From Verrucomicrobiales bacterium (GTDB lineage: Bacteria > Verrucomicrobiota > Verrucomicrobiia > Verrucomicrobiales > V1-33), in NCBI GenBank assembly GCA_031411295.1, contig JANOAV010000124.1, positions 22,552-86,551 on the forward strand: 64,000 bases of DNA. Reading direction: 5' to 3'. Of this stretch, positions 20,305-31,000 are shown one piece after another. Below the pieces are notes generated by a model. That model did no database searches. It saw nothing but the letters and a program-made list of their open reading frames with translations, and was not told the DNA's origin. Positions within the stretch are counted from its first letter, which is position 1, and every line of letters begins with the position of its first letter. Made by a program: the position numbers and the translations under genes.

Positions 20305-23300
20305 CTACGGTGCGGGCAGGGTGACTAGCAGCCGCATGAATTCGCGACTGTCGGTGCTGTAGGGTTGGGGGCAGCGGTAAACGTAGGTGGTGCTGGCGTC
20401 GCCATTTACGGTGGTGTTGACGAGCACGGCATCGGCGGTCCAGGCGTCGGTATTGCCGAGATCGCTGGAGGTCTGGGCGGCTACGGTGACGTCCGCGGTA
20501 TTGGGCGCGCGGGTGTAGGTCAGCGTTTGATAGGGTTCGGCCGGATTGGCTCCGACGACGAGGTTCATGAGGGCGGAGGTGGGGAGTTTATCCGTGCTGC
20601 TGGCGGCTCCATCTGCATTGGTGGGATTGGTGCCAAGGATGTATTCGATGAGATCGGAAATGCCGTCTTTGTCGTTGTCGCCCTGGCCATTGGAACTGGC
20701 TGCGTTGGCCATTTGGAAGGCAATGTAGCCGAAGTCGGGGCCGCCGGGATTACCGAGATTGACGAGGTGGCTTGTCCATTCAGCGGGGACGCTGTTAGCG
20801 GCACTGGCGGCAGGAGCGTTGGGGGTTAGGAAGAGCAGCGTGGGGCCGTTGCCTTTGGGGGCGGCAGGCCAGACTTCGGTGGAGGGTAAGGGTGGATTGT
20901 AGAAGACAGATTGGATCACGGCGGCACTGGCATCCGTTAGCGTGATGCGTTCGCCTCCATTGTTTAAGGCGCCCAGCCAGGGGCCGAAAATTTGACCGAC
21001 CGGCACGGCTGGATAACGCGAGGAGAAGGAGACGGGATCACGCACCACAACGAGTCGAGCGCCAGGTGCCAAGGTGCTGCCGTCAGGGAAGGTGTAGTCC
21101 ATGGCAATGCTGAATTTCACGCCAGTGAGCTGGAGGGTGGTGGCAGAAACATTCCGGAGTTCAATGAATTCATAGAGCTGAGGATCTGCCGCAGTGCCCG
21201 GATTGACGGCACCACCGGGGCTGACGCTTCCGGCGGGGTTGTAGTTGATTTCCGTGATTACGAAATTGGCATGGGTGGCGGGGGCACCAATGATGTAGCT
21301 GGTTTCGAAGAGACCGCTCCAAGTGGTGCCGTCATAGACGCGGGCTTGGACGATGCCGGTGGTGGCGAGGTTGACCGTGCCCGTGGCTCCGGTGCCTGCG
21401 CTGATGGCAGAGGGGGAGGGGAGTCCAGTGATGATCGCCCGTGGGTCAGTGCCATTCGTGGTGTAGTAAATGGTGTAGGTCGTGGCCCCGGTCGTATTGT
21501 TATTGCTGATCGTGAGCGTGGTATTCACGGGATAAATTCCCGCTGCGAGATCGAAGGTGGGCGTGCCGATGATAGGATAGAGCGGCAGACTCAACAGGCT
21601 GGAATCGTTGGGATTCGGCGGGGTGGCGGCATCAAAGGTGACTCCGCTGGCGTTGGCTTTATCGCGGTAGTTCTGGAGTTGCTTGATGATTTCTGCGGTG
21701 CGGCCGATGCCAGTGGTGGCGGGGTTGTTGAGCCAGGCGGTGTAGGCTTGGTTGCTGCCGCGCGCGACCCAATCATAGAGGAAATTTTTCGCATTGACCC
21801 AGGAGGAGACTTGATAGTCGGCCAACGCCTGCCCTTTGGCATCGCCCCAGCGGGCGGATTCGCCAATGATGACGCTGCCCACGGTGGTGGCGCGGGAATC
21901 GAGCCGTTTGGTCACTTCTGTTTGCGTGAGCGCACCACCCGTGCGGCCCAAGTGTTTGTAGGCGCGGTCTGCAAAGAGACGGCGGTATTCCCGGCTGAAG
22001 CAGAGGTCCTCGTGGATCAACTGTGGATTGCTCTTGAGGTATGTCACGGTGAGTTCATACATGAGTTGGCCTTTCCAATTGCGCTCTTGTTTGGCATTGG
22101 TGTCCGCTGCGCTGACGGAACCTCCCAACACGCCATCACCCGCACCCCACGGGCCCGTGCGGTCGAAGCTGCGGGCATCGGTGGAATGGAGTTGCCAAGC
22201 GGTGGAAGCGTAAGTCACTGGGGTGCCAGTATTTCCTGTGACCGAAGTTCCAATCTGAATGCCTACAGGAACGGCCACCGAGCCTCCCGTGGTGCCGCTG
22301 CCACGGGTGATGGTGCCCGCAGTCGCTCCGCTGTTCCAATCGGTGCCGAAACCGTGTTCGAAATCATGGGCGAAGAATTTAAAGCCCTCGTTGCCGTTAC
22401 GATCTCTCACGCCGAACCAGTTGTTAGATCCGCCAGTGACGAAGGTGGACATGGGGGCATCGTAGCTGCCGCAGTAGAAGGACGTGATCAAATAATCCGC
22501 CAGATTGTCCACGTCCAAGAGCACGGGATGGTTCACGGAGTCATTCCATGGGGTGCCGTCCGGCTTCATGCCCATCAGATCGAGTAAACGTTCGTCTCTC
22601 TGCGCCTCGGTGAGTCCAGCGGTGAGCCGAAGCTCGCGAGCGCGCCACCAGAGCCGTGCCCACGCGCTGCCAGGATTGGCGGAAGTGCCTTGGAGCATGG
22701 AGCCATCCGTGGCTTCGGTATTGTAGCCGTTGGCGTTGCCGGCGGATTTGACGACATCGTAATTGTTTTTGTCTCCACCCAGATACGTCTCGCCATAGGA
22801 AGCTTCGGTGCGTTCCTCAATTTCATGCAAGCCCCAGTAAACGCCATTTACATAGAGGTGATAGTAGCGACCGTGACCATAGGGCTGGCCCATATCCCGC
22901 TGGGTATCACGAGCGAAGACATCGCGCATCATGGTGTTCATGTTGATGCGTTTTGTGGTAGAAACACCACCAGGCGGGGTGTAAACCAACTGGGAATTCG
23001 TCGGGGCATAAGACCATGCGTAATTGTTAGAGGTCTTGATGTCGAACTGGTCAAATTTACTGCCCCCGTCGGCTCCGAAGAGCGGATAACTCAACGATCC
23101 ATCGAGTTCAGAACGGAAATACATATGCCACTCTCGTTTTGGGTTGCCTGCGGCCCGGCTAGCTCCACCGCGGATGCGCACACCGCTGGCGATTTGGAAT
23201 TGGCCATTGCCACCGACGAGGGGATCTTTCGTGGCGAGCGTGGGATCGGCGTAAACGTCGTTGATCAACTCTAACGAGCCCACGCGTTCCCAGGCTTTGC

Positions 23301-26300
23301 CACGCTGGCTGGGATTGACGAAGATGCCGCTGGTTTTATCGAACAAACTGGCGGGATCAACCACCAGTGAGAGGCTGGGAATAGCCTTCAGGGCTGCCTG
23401 AATGGCGGCTTCATTACCTGTAGTGATGAGCGGATCCATGCCGTAATCGAAGACTTGGCTGTTCAGCGTGGGGGCGGCAACTCCGTTGGGCTCATTCGGC
23501 CAGCCTTGCGCAATGGCTTGGGCGCGATTCTGCGTCACGACATCCGGCACGAAAATGTAAGTCTGGGTGTCGATGTTGGTGGGTGCATAATTTTTACGAA
23601 AACCGGCCGCTCGGATGACGCTGGTTTTATCGATCAGCAATGGAGCGGTGTAAATGTTCCCTTTATAAATCGTGGGTTCCGAGCCATCCGTCGTGTATCG
23701 AATCTGGGCGGCAGGATCGGTGGTAGTGATGGCTAGATTAAAAGGTGCGGTGTAATTATTGCCCCGATCATGATCGAAATGCGTGTCGCCCACGAAGCCG
23801 AGATAACTGGCGTAGTTCCGGCCCCCAGGAGTGGGCACAACAATGACACCCACGTTCAGGCCAGCTCCGGAGATCCCGTAGGAGCGGTCCTTTTTCTGCT
23901 CGGGATAGGTGTAGGAGCTGACCGTGAGGTAGGTGTTCGTAGCGGTGCCATCATCCTTGGTCAGGGCCACGTAACCGGTGGTCGCTGGCAAGGTGAAGTT
24001 GGCAGCTAGCTTGAAATTCGTGTGGATTTCGCCCGTGGGATAAACGGTATTTTTGCCGGAGGCGAAGACCACTAGGTATTGTCCAGGCTGGATCGTGGGC
24101 GCTCCGGTAGTGGCAAATTTAAATTTGGCAGGTAGAGCGGCATCGTCTGTTAGGGCGTAGCCGGAGAGATTGATGGCGGCCGCCGTGCCGTTGTAGAGTT
24201 CGATCCAGTCAGAGTTCTGGCCATCGTAATCTGCCAGGGTGCCGCTATTGCTAGCCTGGAACTCACTGATGATCAGCCCGCTGGTGACAATGGCGGGAGC
24301 GGGGGCAGCGAGGGGCTCGAAAAGGACATTCGTGCCTTGTGCGGTGGTGAAAAACACTTCCATGGCATAGCCGCCGGTGCCTTGGAACCACGTGTAGCGA
24401 ATGGCGTGAGGCCCAGTAGTTAGGTGACGATCATTGGTGGTCGTGATGGGACCGTGACCAGCGTCATCGACAATCACTTCCTCGCCCGGATCCAGGAAAT
24501 CACCATCGTTGTTCAAATCAATCTGGAGGCGGGCTCCGTCATCGTTGTTGATGCTGATAGTGTAATCGTCAGCGTAGTTGACGACGATGGTAGCCGTGCC
24601 CACCGCCGCCATGTCGGTGGTGGTAGTGGGACCGAATTCCGTGGGCCAAGTGTCGCCACCGAAGACGCCGGAAGCGGTGTTGTTAGCGAAATTGATGCGA
24701 GGAATGTTGGTCTTCGGGATGGGAGTAGCCGTGGTCACGCCGCCGACGACAACGGTGCCGCGCGCAGCTGTGCCAGCGATGAGGGCATCCGTGTTGGCGA
24801 GGTTTGTCATGGTGCCGGCGGTGGCAGCTTTATACATCGTCATGGTCCAACCATTGGCATCCAAGCCCAGCAGCGCATTGATCGTGGCGGTGGTGGTGGC
24901 AGTGGACGTGCCGTAAATGTTGGTGGCCGTGATGGTGTAGGTCGTGGTGCTGCCGGGATAGTCACAGGCGTCACCCAGGAACGTCCGAACCGCAGACGGT
25001 GCCAAGTTTCCTAACCGAGGACTGATGACTGCCGTGTCCGCGTCGGTCACATCGTAATGCACGGTGTAAATGGTGCCCGGTTCTGTCCCTGTAGCGCCTG
25101 CAGTGGCGGTAAACGCAGCGATGGCCGGAGGTGGGGCCACGGTGATAAGCAACGTTGCGGTGGTGGAACCAACAGAATTCGTTGCGGTTAGGGTATAAGT
25201 GTAAGTGCCAGGAGCGGTGCCATTGGAAACGGTAAATGCTTTGGTGCCGGAATTGATGCCCGCAGTCGTGGTAAGGGTGGCGCTGCCGACCCCATTATCA
25301 ATGCTCCAGGAGGTGCCGCCGATGGTTCCAATGCTGAAGGTAGAGCCGAAATTAGGTGCCAAAGTATTGTCTGCCACGGTGAAGTTCGTGATGACCGGGG
25401 CTTGATTGATGTAAACGGTCACGGTTTTGGTCACGGTATTTCCCGCATGAGTCCCGGCCAGCGTGTAGGTGGTGGTTTCCGTTGGCGCTGGGCTGAGAAT
25501 GATGTCGCCACGATTGCTGGTTAGGCTTTGCAGCGTGGTGGTGCCATTACTTGCGCGGGTCTGGGTGATGCTAGGGCTGTCGCAGAAACGTTGATCGTAA
25601 GTCAGCTTAATTTGTGACGGAGGCGTGCCAATGATGACATTGGTATCGCAGGATAGCTCGACCAGCGGCACTTGGTCCACCAGTGCCAAGCCCCCTTGGG
25701 ACGTGTCTCCCACGAGCCGCCAAGGATCCGCCCCACGCGGTGGAGCGATCTGGGTGATGGCCGTCAGGGTGCCGGGAGCAGCCCAGAGTTCCACCCAGGA
25801 ACCACCCGTTTTTTCATAATAATCCAAGCGCACATTGTAATCTCCCGGCGGCAGGACAATGGTGCTGAAGACATTGGAGTTGCCGCCCGTAGCCCCATGC
25901 ACGGAGACATCTCCGCTGATGAGAGAATTCGCGTTGGAGCGAGAGAACCACGTCTGGTTGTAGATCGTGAGTTGGGTGCCATCGTCCCCGCCGTGGAAGA
26001 AGGTCCATTTATTATCGGCCGCCGCTACGCCCGCAGGAATGCGGATACAGCCAGTGGCGGTCATCATGGCGTGGTCTTCATTGCCCGCGATATTCCAAGG
26101 TGTCGTGTAGTAATAACTGGTGGTGTTAGGCGGAATGGCAGGAACGGCAATTGCCGCAGTGGGTCCAGCGTAGATCCCAGTAGCTCCGGAGTTGTCAGGA
26201 TCACGGAAGGAAATTTTGCCATAGAGGTTATTGCTATCGATCCACGCATCATTGTTGAAGCGGGTAATGGCGGATTTATTGCGCAGAATATAACTGACAT

Positions 26301-27297
26301 CACCCAAGCCATTTAGCGTGGTGCCACCCACAACATTGGGGCCTTCCGCGTCCCGCAGCGCCCGCACGCCGAAGTTTCCCGGCGTGCCCCAGGGCTCTCC
26401 CACGTTCCAAGGATAACTGCGATTAATGATCCCCAGGCGACCCGTGGCAGGCACGGTCCGCGGGTCCGCTCCCTTGGCTAACGAGAACACTTCGGCCGCT
26501 GTTAGGGCGTGATTAAAAATGGCCACATCATCCAACTGCACGCTGGAGTAACTCCCAATGACCCCGGCCACGCTGCGGGCCCCGAAGACCAGCGGTTCGG
26601 CCGAAGCGGCAATCTTGCCGTTGGCTGTGGGCGAGACCGATCGAGTCTGCATTCCGTTAATATAAACGGATTTAACCGTGTTATCATAGGTCAAGGTAAC
26701 ATGCGTCCAACGCCCCGGCCCCAGGGGATTGGGAGTAGGGGAGCCACTAGGCAGGGAAGCGTTTACCCCCACGGTATCCGGCGGTTCGAAATCCACATTG
26801 GAGAGCCCCTGCGTGGTGTGCATGAGATTGACGGTGGCCGCAGAGGTGCGTTTGATCTGCCAGCCTTGCGCTGAAGCCGTGGTGCCGTTCTTGGCGATGA
26901 TGGGCAAATCCGCCGCTTGCGGCCAAGCCTTGAACCAGAAACTAACCGTAAATGGACCACCAGCGAAATTGAAGTCCGTGTTGGAAGCCCCACTCCCCAC
27001 GGCTCCGATCTGCACGTAATTATTGCCCCCCAGCAAAGACAAAGATTTCGCTCCCGCAATGCCGGCCAATTCTGCCGGCACATCAGTGAGATATTTTGTA
27101 TCCGGAGTGGTCCCGACAACATTCAACGTGCCGTTGTAGCCCTTGCCGGATTGATCCAGCACCGTGCCCGTCGTGCCAGACGTTGGCGGGGTATCAGCAT
27201 CAAAAGTCCAGTAACCAATCAGGGCCGCAGGGCTGTGGCTGGCCAGGGCGAGTAAGCCGACAGCGGTGCTTAGAAACCAACGAGGAGAGCGTTTCAT
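20305..27297 (-). CDS. giant secreted multidomain protein: LamG, two PA14-like, lamin-tail, chitobiase/Fn3-like and CotH-kinase-like domains
   Basis: signal peptide from MKRSPRW (ATG 27297); LIGYWTFD..LDDVAIF; GDDG/NDDG PA14 motifs; ISEFQASN..DWIELYN; IRYTTDGSEP; LYVNGVYWGLHEIEER..NNWF..HDFE. Confidence 0.85.
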   Translation of the reverse strand: MKRSPRWFLSTAVGLLALASHSPAALIGYWTFDADTPPTSGTTGTVLDQSGKGYNGTLNVVGTTPDTKYLTDVPAELAGIAGAKSLSLLGGNNYVQIGAVGSGASNTDFNFAGGPFTVSFWFKAWPQAADLPIIAKNGTTASAQGWQIKRTSAATVNLMHTTQGLSNVDFEPPDTVGVNASLPSGSPTPNPLGPGRWTHVTLTYDNTVKSVYINGMQTRSVSPTANGKIAASAEPLVFGARSVAGVIGSYSSVQLDDVAIFNHALTAAEVFSLAKGADPRTVPATGRLGIINRSYPWNVGEPWGTPGNFGVRALRDAEGPNVVGGTTLNGLGDVSYILRNKSAITRFNNDAWIDSNNLYGKISFRDPDNSGATGIYAGPTAAIAVPAIPPNTTSYYYTTPWNIAGNEDHAMMTATGCIRIPAGVAAADNKWTFFHGGDDGTQLTIYNQTWFSRSNANSLISGDVSVHGATGGNSNVFSTIVLPPGDYNVRLDYYEKTGGSWVELWAAPGTLTAITQIAPPRGADPWRLVGDTSQGGLALVDQVPLVELSCDTNVIIGTPPSQIKLTYDQRFCDSPSITQTRASNGTTTLQSLTSNRGDIILSPAPTETTTYTLAGTHAGNTVTKTVTVYINQAPVITNFTVADNTLAPNFGSTFSIGTIGGTSWSIDNGVGSATLTTTAGINSGTKAFTVSNGTAPGTYTYTLTATNSVGSTTATLLITVAPPPAIAAFTATAGATGTEPGTIYTVHYDVTDADTAVISPRLGNLAPSAVRTFLGDACDYPGSTTTYTITATNIYGTSTATTTATINALLGLDANGWTMTMYKAATAGTMTNLANTDALIAGTAARGTVVVGGVTTATPIPKTNIPRINFANNTASGVFGGDTWPTEFGPTTTTDMAAVGTATIVVNYADDYTISINNDDGARLQIDLNNDGDFLDPGEEVIVDDAGHGPITTTNDRHLTTGPHAIRYTWFQGTGGYAMEVFFTTAQGTNVLFEPLAAPAPAIVTSGLIISEFQASNSGTLADYDGQNSDWIELYNGTAAAINLSGYALTDDAALPAKFKFATTGAPTIQPGQYLVVFASGKNTVYPTGEIHTNFKLAANFTLPATTGYVALTKDDGTATNTYLTVSSYTYPEQKKDRSYGISGAGLNVGVIVVPTPGGRNYASYLGFVGDTHFDHDRGNNYTAPFNLAITTTDPAAQIRYTTDGSEPTIYKGNIYTAPLLIDKTSVIRAAGFRKNYAPTNIDTQTYIFVPDVVTQNRAQAIAQGWPNEPNGVAAPTLNSQVFDYGMDPLITTGNEAAIQAALKAIPSLSLVVDPASLFDKTSGIFVNPSQRGKAWERVGSLELINDVYADPTLATKDPLVGGNGQFQIASGVRIRGGASRAAGNPKREWHMYFRSELDGSLSYPLFGADGGSKFDQFDIKTSNNYAWSYAPTNSQLVYTPPGGVSTTKRINMNTMMRDVFARDTQRDMGQPYGHGRYYHLYVNGVYWGLHEIEERTEASYGETYLGGDKNNYDVVKSAGNANGYNTEATDGSMLQGTSANPGSAWARLWWRARELRLTAGLTEAQRDERLLDLMGMKPDGTPWNDSVNHPVLLDVDNLADYLITSFYCGSYDAPMSTFVTGGSNNWFGVRDRNGNEGFKFFAHDFEHGFGTDWNSGATAGTITRGSGTTGGSVAVPVGIQIGTSVTGNTGTPVTYASTAWQLHSTDARSFDRTGPWGAGDGVLGGSVSAADTNAKQERNWKGQLMYELTVTYLKSNPQLIHEDLCFSREYRRLFADRAYKHLGRTGGALTQTEVTKRLDSRATTVGSVIIGESARWGDAKGQALADYQVSSWVNAKNFLYDWVARGSNQAYTAWLNNPATTGIGRTAEIIKQLQNYRDKANASGVTFDAATPPNPNDSSLLSLPLYPIIGTPTFDLAAGIYPVNTTLTISNNNTTGATTYTIYYTTNGTDPRAIITGLPSPSAISAGTGATGTVNLATTGIVQARVYDGTTWSGLFETSYIIGAPATHANFVITEINYNPAGSVSPGGAVNPGTAADPQLYEFIELRNVSATTLQLTGVKFSIAMDYTFPDGSTLAPGARLVVVRDPVSFSSRYPAVPVGQIFGPWLGALNNGGERITLTDASAAVIQSVFYNPPLPSTEVWPAAPKGNGPTLLFLTPNAPAASAANSVPAEWTSHLVNLGNPGGPDFGYIAFQMANAASSNGQGDNDKDGISDLIEYILGTNPTNADGAASSTDKLPTSALMNLVVGANPAEPYQTLTYTRAPNTADVTVAAQTSSDLGNTDAWTADAVLVNTTVNGDASTTYVYRCPQPYSTDSREFMRLLVTLPAP

Positions 27298-27416
27298 TTT
27301 CGGGGAGGGATTAAGATGAGGACTGGAATCGAGGAGAGTCCCAGTTTGTAGCCAACTTTTTATGAAATGCGCGGAATGCTGTCGAGAACAATCCACGGGA
27401 TTTCCCCGAAATTCTA

Positions 27417-27881
27417 TCAGAAGCCGGAACTGCCGTATTCCGCCCACGAACTGCTTGTCTCCCAGACGCGGACGCACACGAGACGGACGCTGTCCCGCAG
27501 GACGTAGGCTGCGGAAGGGTTGGCGGTATAACGTTTCAGGTGCTCGGTGCAAACATTGAAGAATTCTCTGGCGAGGACCTCTGTAGTCGGCTCTGTGGCC
27601 TCGAAGCCAATCACCCGATCCCCATACGCCTCTTTGAAGGTGGGATACATTTTGTCCAGGGTGTTCATGCAGAGGGCATGGTCGAACGTGTCCAAGTATT
27701 CACCCACCGCTTCCTTTAAAATTTTGAAATCACAGACCATACCGGCTGCGTCCAGTTCGTCCGCTTCCAGAATAAATTCCACTTTCCGCGTGTGCCCATG
27801 CGGAAACTTGCATTTGTCAGGATGCATTGACAACATGTGGCCATTTTCAATTTCAAGGGATTTGCAGATGCGAAAAGGCAT
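27417..27881 (-). CDS. queD: 6-carboxy-5,6,7,8-tetrahydropterin synthase (QueD/PTPS family)
   Basis: GHML..KCKFPHGH, GMVCDF, FDH..MN, EPTTE, VRVWETSSSWAEY; ATG at 27881. Confidence 0.88.
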   Translation of the reverse strand: MPFRICKSLEIENGHMLSMHPDKCKFPHGHTRKVEFILEADELDAAGMVCDFKILKEAVGEYLDTFDHALCMNTLDKMYPTFKEAYGDRVIGFEATEPTTEVLAREFFNVCTEHLKRYTANPSAAYVLRDSVRLVCVRVWETSSSWAEYGSSGF

Positions 27882-28040
27882 GGTGGGGGAAGGGGCGAGT
27901 GGTGGAGTGTGCGTCCGCCCTAGACCCGCAGAGAGGCGTCTGCAAAGAATTTCCTCGGCGGAACCGGAATTTTCGAAAACTTCGGAGCCGCCATGCAAGC
28001 TCACGGACTGCCATACGCAATGCTGCTCCCACCAGTCTCG

Positions 28041-31000
28041 CTACGGCACGGGTGGGGTGACGAGCACTCGCAGGTAGTTGCGGGTTGCGGGACCACCAAT
28101 GGGGGTTGGGCTGCGGCAGGTGATGACAGCGGTGCCATTGGCTTGATTGACGGTGTTCACGTAGATCATCCCAACTGCGCTCCAAGTGCCGAGATCACTG
28201 GATTGCTGCGGGGTAAGGACGACGCCATCAGCGGCCAGGTTGCGGGTGTAATGGAAGGTCAGATAGGTGCCAGGATCTGCTCCGGGGGGATCGACGACGA
28301 ACTCGTGGGACATTTGCGGTCTGGATGCGGCACTGTTGCCGGCAGAACCCATGGCGTATTCCAGGAAGTCGGAACTGCCGTCATTATCGGAGTCTGCGAA
28401 ACTGGATCCGGTGAACGGAGCGCTGTTAGTGGTTCCGGGAGAACCGCCAATTTGGGCGCTGCTGCGCCACAGGCCGCCCGTGCTGTAGGCAGGGTTGCTG
28501 CGGGGATTATTCAACAGCAGGCTATAGCCAAGGCCGTTGGCATCCACGGGCCAGGGCTCGGTATTGGCGTAAGCGAAACTGGCAATGACGCTGGTGTTAG
28601 CGGCCAACAAGGTGAGGATTTCTCCGCCGTTGTTGAGGTTGCCGGAGAATTCGCCCAGGATACGGACGCTGGGGTTGTTGCCATTTCGGCTGATGAACGC
28701 GTTTTGATTTGCCACCACAATGGCGCGACCGCCTGGAGCCAGGGTAAGAGCAACGGGGTTCACGCTGCCGAATCCGTAAATGACACCATCAGTAAAGGCG
28801 CAGTTACTGAGGTCCACGTTCTGGTTGCTCACGTTCAGGAGTTCGATGAATTCGAAATCACTAGCGGAGGTGAAGCCAGCGGCCACCTCGGCCAGGGTGG
28901 CACCGGTCGGGCGATAGTGGATTTCGGAAATAACAAGGTTGGCGGCACTGGCGGGGACGGCATCCACCACGTAGGTATTCGTCGTGGCTGGGGACCATTG
29001 GCCGTTGACGAGGAGCCGAGTTTTCAGCGTGGCCGAGGTCGTGAGGGTAATCGGAGCGCTGTAAACCAAGCCCCCACCGGTGCTGGTATTGACGGGCAGC
29101 CAGGTGAGTTTCGGGACCATGAGTAAATCGCTGGAGGTGCTATCAACCCCATTCAAGCAATGGATGGCGAGCACATTGCTGCCGACGCGGAGGGCGGGAA
29201 TTCCCAGAGTGGAAACATCGATTGTTTCAAACGCTACAGCCGCCGCCTCATCGCGCGCCACGCCTGCTTTGGCGGTGGAGGGATCCAAGGCAACAGAGGC
29301 ATCGGTATCATTGCCACCGGCCACCTTGACCCCGTTGATATACGCTTGGAATCCGTCTTCATATTTCAGGCCAAGGCGCAGCGTGTTGATGGCGGCCAGC
29401 GTGGGGGCATCTGGAATGGTAAAAGGAACGCGAACGTAGCAGGTGGCATTGAGGCTCTGCATTTGCACCTGGGTGTTGCCGTTGGCGCCAATAAGCGGCA
29501 AATAATCCGGGTTGGTGTCATACCCAATGCCAGTGTTGGCGGCGGTCCAGTTGACGTCGTTGATTGGGGCGGTGTAGTTCGTCCACTGCTGTGCTCCCGC
29601 GCCTGCGGTGAGAGTGAACCCTCCGTTGGTGGCTGAGGGCACCAGCCAACGACAGGCGTTACTGGAGCCAGAAATCAACGCGGTCTCCGTCGGGAAAGTG
29701 GCTCCAGCACTCGGATCCGTGCCGTCCAGCGTATAGTAAAGCGTGCCGCCGGTGGCATAGCTGTAGCCTCCGGGAGGCGTTCCGGCGTAACGGGCAATGG
29801 TGATTTGGCTACTAACAGGAATGCTGCCCGGCCCTGGGCTGACATTGGGTGGACGGTAAATGACGGTGCTTCCAGCAGGGAAGTTCTGATCATCAATCCA
29901 GTTCAAGCGCTGGCCCATCCAGGTCTTCATCCAATCGATTTCCGACTGGAAGGTGGTGTTCACTTGCCACGGACGAGGTGTTAGGGTGGCCGCGCCCCCG
30001 GGATCGCCCCCAGCGTTGGGCCAGACATAGACCCCAAGGATGGGATGCTTGCGATAATGCCGCTGGGCGGCATTTTCCAAGGTGGAAGGCTGTCCGGCGG
30101 TCAGCACGAAGCTATTGCTAACAGGCGTGGTGTTGCCGTTGGTGGCCATGAGTTTATAGGTGTCCATGCTGTTCTGTAGCAACAAGGTGTTGAAGATGGT
30201 CCGCCTCATTTCCCAGTAGCGATCCCAATTCTTGAGTTCGTAAGCAGGATCTTGGCGCAGACGGGCCCACCAGTAGCTGTCGGTTTGGTTCCAATACCAC
30301 CCGGCATACTGATCGCCCGTGGCGTAGTTGGCATTGCCCATGGAGAGATTGTAGTCCCAGATGGGCGTGGCGATAATCTTGCCGCCCCGGTCCTTCGTGA
30401 AGTAAGTGGACAAGCGGTAACCGTCGATTTGTTTGGTGATTTCCACGAACCACCAGTTTTCGATGAAGGAGTTCACGTCGATGTATGGAGCGTAGCCGAG
30501 CACGGGGTCAGCAAAATTGGCGCCATAGAGGGCCGTGTTGAAGGCGTTGATGTAGTTGGTCAGATAGGTGGTTTGGGCCCCATTGAGCACGCCTGGGGTA
30601 TGGGAGTTCATGCCCACAGGCAGAAGCGTGGTGCCATCGGAACTGGCGCGGTCCCGACGGAAAATGTAGCCACCAGTGATGAGGGTCGGATCGGTTACCA
30701 AGTCATTTAGCTTGGCAATATTCATGCGATCCTTGCTGCGTTTGATGCGCTCCATGAGGATATAAACTCCACGGTAGTCGTTATACGAAACCGCTTGGCC
30801 GGGATCCATGTTGAAGATCACTTCCACCATCCGGGTTCGCATCGCAAAGCCATCTGCGTCGCCATGGAGTTCGCGCATTTTGGTGTAGGTGATGACATTG
30901 CGGATGAACGTTTTATCGGTATAAGGGCCATAGAGGGCCCAATCGCTTTCTGCGGGCATGTCCAGCAGGGCGGCATCCTTGTCGTTGCCGAGGTTATCCC

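Noticed and set aside
20992..22587. 531-aa plus-strand ORF
   Set aside because: Antisense to the CotH gene; expected from codon bias, no motifs
27298..27552. N-terminal 85 codons of the 2415-aa ORF call
   Set aside because: Overlap queD; the signal peptide begins at ATG 27297
27882..28040. preQ1 riboswitch upstream of queD
   Set aside because: No recognisable class I stem and A-rich tail; a covariance-model search would be needed to exclude other classes
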